From: Mycolicibacterium smegmatis
GTDB lineage: Bacteria > Actinomycetota > Actinomycetes > Mycobacteriales > Mycobacteriaceae
Direction: 5' to 3'
DNA length: 32,000 nt
Assembly: GCF_001457595.1 (NCBI RefSeq)
Contig: NZ_LN831039.1
Span: 150,001-182,000 of the forward strand
A program made the position numbers and the translations under genes. Every line of letters starts with the position of its first letter. Position 1 is the stretch's first letter. The notes beneath the pieces were generated by a model, which saw only the letters and a program-made list of their open reading frames with translations, ran no database searches and was not told the origin of the DNA. Positions 1-8,228 of the stretch are shown here, piece by piece.

Positions 1-407
1 ATGTTGGCCATCGACGACAACACGTCCAGCGACTGCGCCCGCGAGATCCGCGGCACCGCATCCATCGCCAGCACCGTGATGTTGCGTGTACCCAGCTGCT
101 CCACCAGATCCGGGCGCAGCGCCGGGGAGATCAGACTGATCAGGGTCGCACCGTCACGCAGCGCGGCGATCTCGCCCTCCGATGGTGCGTTGACCTTCAT
201 CACCACATCGGCCGACCACACCGCATCGGCCGAGCCGATCTGCGCACCGGCATCGGCATACGCCGCATCGGAAAAACTCGCCGCCGCACCCGCACCGGAC
301 TCCACGACCACCGAGTAACCCAGCTTGAGAATCTGACCCACGGTCTGCGGAGTGGCAGCCACACGGGTCTCCCCAGGTTGGGACTCTCGAGGTATCCCAA
401 TCATCAT
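1..407 (-). CDS. pntA: NAD(P) transhydrogenase subunit alpha, N-terminal part (gene runs off left edge)
   Basis: Minus strand opens ATG ATG ATT GGG ATA CCT CGA GAG (M)MIGIPRESQPGETRVAATPQTVGQILKLGYSVVVE... and continues without stop to the window edge with ...AVPRISRAQSLDVLSSMAN, a hallmark PntA/alanine dehydrogenase-type N-terminal domain motif. Not in the ORF track because it has no stop in the window. Start could be 404 or 407. Confidence 0.9.
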   Translation of the reverse strand, partial: MMIGIPRESQPGETRVAATPQTVGQILKLGYSVVVESGAGAAASFSDAAYADAGAQIGSADAVWSADVVMKVNAPSEGEIAALRDGATLISLISPALRPDLVEQLGTRNITVLAMDAVPRISRAQSLDVLSSMAN

Positions 408-476
408 CGGCAACGGTCCAATCTGTCGGTCGGCATGGATGAGTGTCGCATCCGTCACAACGTCCGGAGCGGTCGC

Positions 477-1493
477 CTACAGCCAATCGCGGCGCTTGAA
501 CATCACGTATAGCAGACCGACCAGGACGGCGATCAGCGCAGAGCTGGTGACAAATCCGGCCACTGTGTCTACTCCGGGATAGGTGACGTTCTGCCCGTAG
601 AAGCCGGTGATGGCGGTCGGCACCGCGATGATCGCGGCCCATCCGGTCAGCTTCTTCATCACGGTGTTGAGGCGGGCGTCCTGCAGCGACAGATGGGTCT
701 CGAACACCGTTGTCACCATGTCGCGCAGGGACTCTGTCCATTCCGATGCGCGCAGGACGTGGTCGTACAGGTCGGCGTAGAGCGGATCGAGTTCGGGGGA
801 TGTCCGGGAGTCCAGCCTGCGGTGCTGGATGGTGCTGACCACCTCGCGCGTCGGCAGCACGACGCGGCGCAGTTCGACGAGGTCCTTGCGCAACCGGAAC
901 GTGCGTCGTTGCAGGCCGTGGTTGGGGCCGCGGTCGTCGAACAGTTCGTCTTCGAGTCCCTCGATCGCGTCGTCGAGCGCTTCGACGGCCTCGAAGTGCC
1001 CGTCCACCACGACGTCGAGCAGTCCGTGCACCAGGGATCCGACGCCGTATCTCTGGCCGCCGAGGTCGTCGAAGCGTCGTGACACCTCGTGGATGTCGAA
1101 CTCGTGGGCGGCCCCGTCGAGGCCGGGCAACCGGACCGTGATCAGCCCGTGCGGCAACACGAACGCCGAGATGCGGTGCTTCACCAGAAGCGATCCGGTG
1201 CCGCCGCCGGAGCTGAGGATGTCGACGGCGTAGACCGTGAAGAACGTGTGGGTCTTGTACACCGAGGCCTTGGTGCGCTCCTTGGGTGCGACGGCATCTT
1301 CGACGGCCCAGGTGTTGAGCCCGAGTTCGGCCGCCAGGTCCAGCAGTGTCTGATGGTCCGGGTCGTAGATGTCGGCCCACACCAGCGTGTCGTCGTCGGC
1401 GAGATAGTCCGAGATGGCCGAGAACGAGAAATCCTCGGCCGACTGACCGGATCGCCAGACTCGGCCGTGCACCTGCGCCATGCCGTGAGTCAA
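477..1493 (-). CDS. corA: CorA-family magnesium/divalent cation transporter-like protein
   Basis: 338 aa; long cytosolic alpha/beta domain, helical region, two C-terminal TM segments (AAIIAVPTAITGFYGQNVTYPG ... SALIAVLVGLLYVMFKRRDWL). The usual GMN signature is GQN here. Confidence 0.85.
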   Translation of the reverse strand: MTHGMAQVHGRVWRSGQSAEDFSFSAISDYLADDDTLVWADIYDPDHQTLLDLAAELGLNTWAVEDAVAPKERTKASVYKTHTFFTVYAVDILSSGGGTGSLLVKHRISAFVLPHGLITVRLPGLDGAAHEFDIHEVSRRFDDLGGQRYGVGSLVHGLLDVVVDGHFEAVEALDDAIEGLEDELFDDRGPNHGLQRRTFRLRKDLVELRRVVLPTREVVSTIQHRRLDSRTSPELDPLYADLYDHVLRASEWTESLRDMVTTVFETHLSLQDARLNTVMKKLTGWAAIIAVPTAITGFYGQNVTYPGVDTVAGFVTSSALIAVLVGLLYVMFKRRDWL

Positions 1494-1526
1494 CCACGCG
1501 AGAAAAACTCACGGCGATTCGAGATC

Positions 1527-1556
1527 TTCACGGAGTCGGCCGCCGTCGGTACGAAT
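1527..1556 (+). promoter_or_regulatory. Putative sigma70-type promoter for a leaderless transcript
   Basis: TTCACG (1527-1532), 17-nt spacer, TACGAAT (1550-1556), with GTG at 1563 lying 7 nt downstream of the -10, the spacing expected when transcription starts at the GTG. Confidence 0.5.
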
Positions 1557-1562
1557 AGCCGG

Positions 1563-1601
1563 GTGAACACGACGCTGTCTGCCGACTGCTGCTGTTGCTG
1601 A
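1563..1601 (+). CDS. Polycysteine leader short ORF MNTTLSADCCCC*, candidate cysteine-responsive attenuator peptide
   Basis: GTG AAC ACG ACG CTG TCT GCC GAC TGC TGC TGT TGC TGA; four tandem Cys codons before the stop, 42 nt upstream of a sulfonate/taurine transport operon, with a promoter-like element placed for leaderless expression. Confidence 0.8.
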   Translation: MNTTLSADCCCC

Positions 1602-1640
1602 CGCAACGCCTCCCGTTCTCCCAGCAACAGAAAGTCGGCA
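1580..1640 (+). promoter_or_regulatory. Predicted attenuator hairpin overlapping the Cys codons and the tauC translation initiation region
   Basis: Inner perfect 9-bp stem CTGTTGCTG (1592-1600)/CAGCAACAG (1622-1630) plus outer perfect 7-bp stem TGCCGAC (1580-1586)/GTCGGCA (1634-1640), asymmetric internal loop 5/3 nt, 21-nt pyrimidine-rich apical loop; ends 3 nt before GTG 1644. Confidence 0.75.
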
Positions 1641-1643
1641 ACC

Positions 1644-2504
1644 GTGTCTGTCTTCGTCGATATCGTGCCCCAGTCCGAGACGGATTCCCCGCGCCCCGCG
1701 GCGCCGTCCAACCGCGGGCGCGCCATCCTCACCAAGGCCCTGCTGCCGCTGCTGTCGGTCGCGGTGTTCTTCGCGGTGTGGCAGGCCGTCGCGGTGGCGG
1801 GCATCTGGAACCAGACCTTCGTGCCGTACCCCAGCGCGGTGTGGCGTGCGTTCATCGATCTGTCCACCACGCATGACGGTGTCCGCGGATACGCGGGGTA
1901 CCTGCTGGTCGAGCACCTGTACATGACACTGCGCCGTGTGGTGGCCGGTGTGGTGATCGGCGTGGTCCTCGGCGTGCTGCTGGGCCTGCTCATGGGTTCG
2001 GTGGGCTGGCTGCGCAGCGTGCTGGAACCGTGGCTCACATTCCTGCGGGCGCTGCCGCCGCTGGCCTATTTCTTCCTGTTGGTCATCTGGCTCGGCATCG
2101 ACGAGGCCCCCAAGATCACGCTGCTCGCGCTCGCAGCCCTGCCGCCGGCCGCGGTGGCCACCACGGCGGCCGTCGTCGCCGCACCCGTCGGCCTGCAGGA
2201 GGCCGCGCGGGCACTCGGAGCCACGCGTGCCCAGGTGATCCGCGACGTCGTGGTGCCCTCGGCGCTGCCGGAAACCTTCACCGGCATCCGGTTGGCCGTG
2301 GGCATGGCCTATTCGTCGGTGGTCGCCGCGGAGTTGTTCAACGGCATCCCCGGAGTCGGCGGCCTGGTCAAGGACGCGAGCAACTACAACAACACTCCCG
2401 TCGTGCTGGTCGGAATCTTCGCAATCGGGTTCTCCGGTCTGGTGATCGACGGTTTATTGCGCGCTGTGGAAAGGCGTGCTGTCCCGTGGATCGGAAAGGT
2501 CTAG
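1644..2504 (+). CDS. tauC: Taurine/sulfonate-type ABC transporter permease
   Basis: 286 aa multi-TM BPD inner membrane component, typical ...GIRLAVGMAYSSVVAAELFNG-PGVGGLV... TauC/SsuC signature; followed by binding protein and ATPase. Confidence 0.85.
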   Translation: MSVFVDIVPQSETDSPRPAAPSNRGRAILTKALLPLLSVAVFFAVWQAVAVAGIWNQTFVPYPSAVWRAFIDLSTTHDGVRGYAGYLLVEHLYMTLRRVVAGVVIGVVLGVLLGLLMGSVGWLRSVLEPWLTFLRALPPLAYFFLLVIWLGIDEAPKITLLALAALPPAAVATTAAVVAAPVGLQEAARALGATRAQVIRDVVVPSALPETFTGIRLAVGMAYSSVVAAELFNGIPGVGGLVKDASNYNNTPVVLVGIFAIGFSGLVIDGLLRAVERRAVPWIGKV

Positions 2505-2510
2505 CAAGAT

Positions 2511-3522
2511 ATGAAACTCAAGTCACTGCTCGTTGCCACCGCAGCCTCGGCGCTGGCGCTGGCCGGCTGCGCGGTGGACAACTCGGAACAGGACGCCGAA
2601 AAACCCACCATTCGCGTTGGCTACCAGACGTTCCCGAGCGGCGATCTGATCGTCAAGAACAACGGTTGGCTGGAAGAGGCACTGCCGGACTACAACATCA
2701 AGTGGACCAAGTTCGACTCCGGTGCCGACGTCAACACCGCGTTCGTCGCGGGTGAACTCGACTTCGGGGCACTGGGTTCCAGCCCGGTGGCCCGCGGTCT
2801 GTCCGCACCGCTGAACATCCCTTACAAGGTCGCGTTCGTGCTCGACGTCGCCGGTGACAACGAGGCCCTCGTCGCGCGCGACGGCAGCGGTGTCAACAGC
2901 ATCGCGGACCTGCGCGGCAAGCGTGTCGCGACGCCGTTCGCCTCCACCGCGCACTACAGCCTGCTGGCCGCGCTCGCGCAGAACGGTCTGTCGCCCAACG
3001 ATGTTCAGCTCATCGATCTGCAGCCGCAGGCCATCCTGGCGGCGTGGGAGCGCGGCGACATCGCGGCCGCCTACAGCTGGCTACCGACGCTGGATGATCT
3101 CCGCAAGACCGGCAAGGACCTCATCACCAGCCGTGAGCTGGCCGCCGACGGCAAGCCGACGCTGGATCTGGGCGTGGTCTCCGACAAGTTCGCCACGGAG
3201 CACCCCGACGTCGTCGACACGTGGCGTGAGCAGGAGGCCCGTGCGCTCGACGTGATCAAGGACGATCCCGACGCCGCGGCCAAGGCCATCGCTGCCGAGA
3301 TCGGGCTGTCACCGGAAGACGTTGCGGGCCAGTTGAAGCAGGGTGTGTACCTGACTCCCGCGGAGGTCGCCTCGGAGCAGTGGCTGGGCTCCGACGGCAA
3401 GCCGGGCAACATCGCCGCGAATCTGCAGAGCGCGTCGGAGTTCCTCGCCGAGCAGAAGCAGATCCCGGAAGCCGCGCCGCTGGGGACGTTCGAGGACGCG
3501 ATCTACACGAAGGGCCTGCCGG

Positions 3523-3539
<17 letters not shown>
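2511..3539 (+). CDS. tauA: Taurine/sulfonate-type ABC transporter substrate-binding lipoprotein
   Basis: 342 aa; lipoprotein signal with lipobox LAGC; IRVGYQTFPSGDLIVKNNGWLEEAL..., NMT1/TauA-like fold region; operonic with tauC and tauB. Confidence 0.85.
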
Positions 3540-4300
<761 letters not shown>

Positions 4301-4320
<20 letters not shown>

Positions 4321-4981
4321 GAACGTCGTTGAGCTGCAGCAGATCTGCCGCGACGATCTGGGGCTGGGGTACCCCGGGTGCGGTCAGTGGCGCATTGCCC
4401 GGCCGGGTGATCAGCGCACCGCGGTAGCCGGCGGACTGCGCGCCGAGGAGGTCCCACGTGTGCGAGGCGACCATGGTGCACTGGCCCGGCTCCACTCCGA
4501 GCGCCGACGCGACGTGGGTGTAGAGCGACGTCGACGGCTTGAAGACCCGGTGCTCGCCGACGGTGAACTGACGCTCGAAATACCCGGCCAGCCCGGCGTT
4601 CTCGAGTGGTGTCGCGCCCTGGTGGTGCGGTGAATTGGTCAGTGTGACAAGGCGATAACCGTTGCCCCGTAACCGTTGCAGACCTTCTTCGACATCGGGG
4701 TAGGCCGGCATGGTGCGCATCCCTTCGGCGAGCGCTTGCACATCGTCGTCGGAGATCGTCACGCCGTGGATGTCGGCGAGCATCCTCAGCACGCCCTGCC
4801 CGAGCGTGAAGAAGTCGGTGTAGTTGCCCGACAGCGTGAGTGCCATCGAGTGCATCACCAACTGCCCGAACCACTCACGCAGCACGTGCGGGTCTGAGAA
4901 GGTCCGCTCGAAATGGGGTGTGAGCGACTCGAGATCGATGAGCGTCTCGTTGACGTCGAAGACCAGCACGTGTTCGGTCAT
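4301..4981 (-). CDS. HAD-superfamily hydrolase, haloacid dehalogenase type II-like
   Basis: 226 aa from ATG at 4981: MTEHVLVFDVNETLIDLESLTPHF (motif I DxNxT), VTLTNSPHH (motif II), HTWDLLGAQSAGYRGALITRPG. The track ORF to 5341 is an upstream overextension. Confidence 0.8.
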
Positions 4982-5841
4982 GAAACCTTCCTGTCCAGAA
5001 ATGAGTCGATCAGCCCGGCGACCTCGTCGACGTGGGTTTCGAGCAGGAAGTGCCCGCCGTCGAGCAGGTGGATCTCGGCGTCGGTCGCGTCCTTCTCGAA
5101 GGCCCTGGCCCCGTCGGGGCCGAAGATCGGATCGTTGCGGCCCCACACCGCGAGGACGGGAACCCCACTGGTGCGCAGGTATTCGTGCAGCGTCGGATAC
5201 AGCGGGGGATTGGTCGCGTAGTCGGCGAACAGCTTGAGCTGGATGACGTCGTTGCCCGGACGCGCCAGTTGTGCCGCATCGTGGTTCCAGGTGTCGGGGC
5301 TCACCAGGCTCTCGTCGGCAACGCCTGTGACGTACTGCCATTTGACGGACTCGGGATCCAGGGCCGTGCGGATGGCGGCCTCGGTCTGCGGGGTCTGCTC
5401 ACGGTGGTAGTCCCACACCGTCGACCAGAAACCATCCACAAAGCCTTCAACGTATCCGTTGCCGTTCTGGGTCACGATCGCGCTGATGGCCTCCGGGTGC
5501 CGCAGCGCCAGACGCCAGCCGATCGGTGCGCCGTAGTCCTGGACGTAGATCGCATAGCGGACGATCCCGAGGTGGGTGAGCAGGCCCTCGGTCAGATCGG
5601 CGAGTGCGTCGAAGGTGTAGTCGAACTCATCGGCCGACGGTGCGTCCGAGAAACCGAATCCCAGGTGATCGGGCGCGATGACGCGATGGTTCCTGGCGAG
5701 AAGCGGGATGAGGTCGCGAAACATGAACGAGCTGGTGGGGAACCCGTGCAACAGCACGATCGGCGGTGCGTCGGCCGGCCCGGCCGCACGGTAGAAGATG
5801 CGTTGCCCGTCGACGGTGGCGTAGCGGTGATGGATGTTCAT
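4978..5841 (-). CDS. Alpha/beta hydrolase, haloalkane dehalogenase/epoxide hydrolase-like
   Basis: 287 aa; oxyanion HGFPTSSFMFR, Asp nucleophile elbow VQDYGAPIG, acid region GRNDPIF, His in GGHFLLE; ATGA overlap with the HAD gene. Confidence 0.82.
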   Translation of the reverse strand: MNIHHRYATVDGQRIFYRAAGPADAPPIVLLHGFPTSSFMFRDLIPLLARNHRVIAPDHLGFGFSDAPSADEFDYTFDALADLTEGLLTHLGIVRYAIYVQDYGAPIGWRLALRHPEAISAIVTQNGNGYVEGFVDGFWSTVWDYHREQTPQTEAAIRTALDPESVKWQYVTGVADESLVSPDTWNHDAAQLARPGNDVIQLKLFADYATNPPLYPTLHEYLRTSGVPVLAVWGRNDPIFGPDGARAFEKDATDAEIHLLDGGHFLLETHVDEVAGLIDSFLDRKVS

Positions 5842-5843
5842 GA

Positions 5844-5923
5844 CTAACCTCCTAAAGAGTGATTGATAGTTAGGTCAGTCTGCGCGTGATGATATAACCT
5901 GTCAATAGGCATTTGGAGGTTAG
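5844..5923. promoter_or_regulatory. Divergent regulatory region with perfect inverted repeat CTAACCTCC / GGAGGTTAG
   Basis: CTAACCTCC 5844-5852 and GGAGGTTAG 5915-5923. Each arm doubles as the Shine-Dalgarno of the adjacent divergent gene; partial AGGT/ACCT copies at 5870-5900. Confidence 0.5.
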
Positions 5924-5925
5924 GA

Positions 5926-6426
5926 ATGGACGTGGCCGTGGTCGACCGACGGGACGAGGAATTCCTGCTCGATCTGCTCAACACCACACCGGTGGTGGAC
6001 GGGCAAGAACGCGACGATCTCGCAGATGACGACAGCGCACGGGCGTGGATGCGAGCGCGCGGGGTGGAAAGCTCGCGGGGCGACCTGATTGCCGTGCGAG
6101 ACCTGCTTCAGGATGTGGTGCGGGGAATGCGGACGCCGAGCGCCCTCGACCGCTTCCTCGGCGACGTGACGATGCGCCCGAAGATGACGCCGGACGGCGT
6201 GAGTTGGGAACTGGCCGCATCGCCCGCCGCGCGCGCCGTGTTGGCGTGGGACGCGTTGCGCATCAACAGCCCGGGGCGGCTACGGGCGTGCGCCAACGAC
6301 GAGTGCCGGCTGTTCCTGATCGACCGGAGCAAGCCCAACACCGCGCGGTGGTGTTCGATGGCGATCTGCGGCAACCGCATGAAGGCGCGCAGGCATTACC
6401 AGCGCGCCAAGGGGAGTGAGAAGTAA
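5926..6426 (+). CDS. CGNR zinc-finger (ABATE-type) putative transcriptional regulator
   Basis: 166 aa; C-terminal CANDECRLFLIDRSKPNTARWCSMAICGNRMKARRHYQR matches the CGNR zinc-finger signature. Confidence 0.88.
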   Translation: MDVAVVDRRDEEFLLDLLNTTPVVDGQERDDLADDDSARAWMRARGVESSRGDLIAVRDLLQDVVRGMRTPSALDRFLGDVTMRPKMTPDGVSWELAASPAARAVLAWDALRINSPGRLRACANDECRLFLIDRSKPNTARWCSMAICGNRMKARRHYQRAKGSEK

Positions 6427-6433
6427 CCCGGGT

Positions 6434-6544
6434 TTACACCGGGGGATAGGCCGGCGGCGGGTACACGCCACGAAGGCCCCACGGGATCCAGTTGAAGAAG
6501 AACTCGCCTTCGTCGCTGAGATCGTAGTCAGGATTCGGATCCAT
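6434..6544 (-). CDS. Unannotated small ORF, 36 aa
   Basis: Translates to MDPNPDYDLSDEGEFFFNWIPWGLRGVYPPPAYPPV*; fills an otherwise empty intergenic region and has a non-random, acidic/aromatic composition with Pro-rich tail. No clear Shine-Dalgarno. Confidence 0.45.
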   Translation of the reverse strand: MDPNPDYDLSDEGEFFFNWIPWGLRGVYPPPAYPPV

Positions 6545-6596
6545 GCCCGCAGTCTAGACCGAGCGAACGCAAGCAGGGCCGCGATTGCCTACACTG

Positions 6597-6616
6597 AATC
6601 AACCATCTAGTTGATT
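6597..6616. promoter_or_regulatory. Palindromic putative TetR operator AATCAAC-CATCTA-GTTGATT
   Basis: Perfect 7-bp inverted repeat with 6-nt spacer, 47 nt upstream of the TetR gene start. Confidence 0.55.
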
Positions 6617-6662
6617 GAACGCCCCGGGGCTGTCCGGGCGAGGCCGATAAAGTGAGTGTCCC

Positions 6663-7322
6663 ATGACTTCCGCCGCCAACAACGGAACTTCCCGCCGCGA
6701 AGAACTGCTGAACGTCGCGGCGAAACTGTTCGCAGCCCGCGGCTACCACGGCACCCGGATGGACGACGTGGCTGAAGCGGTCGGCCTGAACAAGGCCACC
6801 GTGTACCACTACTACGCGAGCAAATCGCTCATCCTCTACGACATCTACAAGAGCGCCGCCGACTTCACGGTCGAGGCCCTGCACGACGATCCGACCTCGT
6901 CAGCGCGCGAGACCATCTACCACTTCACCCGGCGCCTGATGGTGGGGATCGCCAACGACCTGGAGCGTGCCGCCGTGTACTTCCAGGAGGGCCCCTACAT
7001 CGCCGAGTGGTTCACCGAGGAGCAGGTCGAGTACATCCGGCACTCCGAGGCGCAGGTCTACGAGCATGTGCGCGACGTGATCGACCGGGGGATCGCAAGC
7101 GGCGAGTTCTACGACTGCGACTCGCACGTGCTCGCGCTGGGCTACATCGGGATGGTGCTCGGCGCCTACCGCTGGCTGCGCCCGCACGGCCGTCGCACCG
7201 CCAAGGAGATCGCGGTGGAGTTCAGCACCGCACTGCTGCGCGGGCTGATCCGCGACGAGAACATCCGGGTCGAGTCCCCGTTGGGCATCGACGTGCAGGC
7301 CGGCAGCGAAGAGCAGCGATGA
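6663..7322 (+). CDS. TetR/AcrR family transcriptional regulator
   Basis: 219 aa; N-terminal HTH RREELLNVAAKLFAARGYHGTRMDDVAEAVGLNKATVYHYYASKSLILYDIY. Confidence 0.92.
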   Translation: MTSAANNGTSRREELLNVAAKLFAARGYHGTRMDDVAEAVGLNKATVYHYYASKSLILYDIYKSAADFTVEALHDDPTSSARETIYHFTRRLMVGIANDLERAAVYFQEGPYIAEWFTEEQVEYIRHSEAQVYEHVRDVIDRGIASGEFYDCDSHVLALGYIGMVLGAYRWLRPHGRRTAKEIAVEFSTALLRGLIRDENIRVESPLGIDVQAGSEEQR

Positions 7323-8092
7323 GTGACCTGTTCGGGTTGGACGGCAAGGTCGCGGTCGTCACCGGAGGCGGCCGCGGCATCGGCCTGATGATCGCGCGCG
7401 GCCTGCTGCAGGCAGGCGCGAGCGTGTACATCGCGGGCCGCAAGGAGGCCGAGCTGTCCGCGGCCGTGGCCGAACTGTCGCCGCTCGGCCGGGTCGAGGC
7501 CGTGCCCGCCGATCTGGGCACCGCGGAGGGTGTCACGACGCTGACCGCGGCGATCACGGGCCGCGAGAACGCGATCCACGCGCTGTTCAACAACGCGGGC
7601 GCGGCATGGGGCGCCCCGTACGAGGACTTCCCGGAGTCGGGCTTCGACAAGGTCTACAACGTCAACGTCAAAGGTGTCTTCCTGCTGACGCGGGCGCTCA
7701 CCCCATTGCTGCGCGCAGGTGCCACCGACGACGATCCGGCGCGCGTGATCAACACCGGCAGCATCGACGGAATCGTCGCGCCCGGCCGTGGCCGCGACAA
7801 CTTCTCCTACAGCGCCAGCAAAGCCGCGGTGCACATGCTCACGCGCCACCTCGCGGGTGAACTCGCCCCGCACATCCTCGTGAACGCCATCGCGCCGGGG
7901 CTCTTCCCGTCCCGGATGACCAAGGAACTGCTTGCTGCCGGCGAGGACGCCGTCGGTTCCGCGCTTCCGCTGCGCCGTGTCGGGCGGCCCGACGACATCG
8001 CCGGTATCGCGGTGTTTCTCGCGAGCCGCGCCAGCACGTACATCACGGGCGCGGTGATTCCGGTGGACGGCGGGGTCAGCACCATCCGCTGA
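7319..8092 (+). CDS. Short-chain dehydrogenase/reductase (SDR)
   Basis: 257 aa from ATG 7319 (ATGA overlap with TetR): VVTGGGRGIG, LFNNAG, catalytic YSASK, C-terminal ITGAVIPVDGG. Confidence 0.92.
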   Translation: MSDLFGLDGKVAVVTGGGRGIGLMIARGLLQAGASVYIAGRKEAELSAAVAELSPLGRVEAVPADLGTAEGVTTLTAAITGRENAIHALFNNAGAAWGAPYEDFPESGFDKVYNVNVKGVFLLTRALTPLLRAGATDDDPARVINTGSIDGIVAPGRGRDNFSYSASKAAVHMLTRHLAGELAPHILVNAIAPGLFPSRMTKELLAAGEDAVGSALPLRRVGRPDDIAGIAVFLASRASTYITGAVIPVDGGVSTIR

Positions 8093-8111
8093 TACGGATT
8101 GATCCAAGGAC

Positions 8112-8127
8112 GGTATTGAGCGATACC
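8112..8127. promoter_or_regulatory. Putative operator GGTAT-TGAGCG-ATACC upstream of tctC-like gene
   Basis: Perfect 5-bp inverted repeat; GGTATTG is repeated at 8144-8150 and the area is bracketed by CCAAGG/CCTTGG; followed by promoter-like TTGGAC (8137) and TAGTTT (8161). Confidence 0.35.
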
Positions 8128-8228
8128 AATTCGGCCTTGGACAGGTATTGCCACGCTCCCTAGTTTGTAGTGATAGCCGCCACAGCGGCTGCCCTCACCG
8201 GGTCGGATCACTCAACAGGAGCAAAGTC

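Noticed and set aside
154-1512. 452-aa minus-strand ORF over corA
   Set aside because: Arg-rich out-of-frame reading overlapping the well-supported CorA and PntA frames on the same strand.
1595-1876. 93-aa plus ORF starting at 1595 between corA and tauC
   Set aside because: Runs out of frame into tauC with an Arg-rich translation; its start overlaps the polyCys sORF stop region, but no coding support beyond that.
4982-5341. N-terminal extension of the HAD ORF in the track
   Set aside because: Extension is Arg-rich and antisense-like within the hydrolase gene; MTEHVLVFDVNET at 4981 is the natural HAD N-terminus with ATGA coupling.
6421-6455. ACCCGGGT/CACCGGGGG stretch after the CGNR gene as a terminator
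   Set aside because: Self-complementarity is short and no U-tract follows; too weak to call as an intrinsic terminator.
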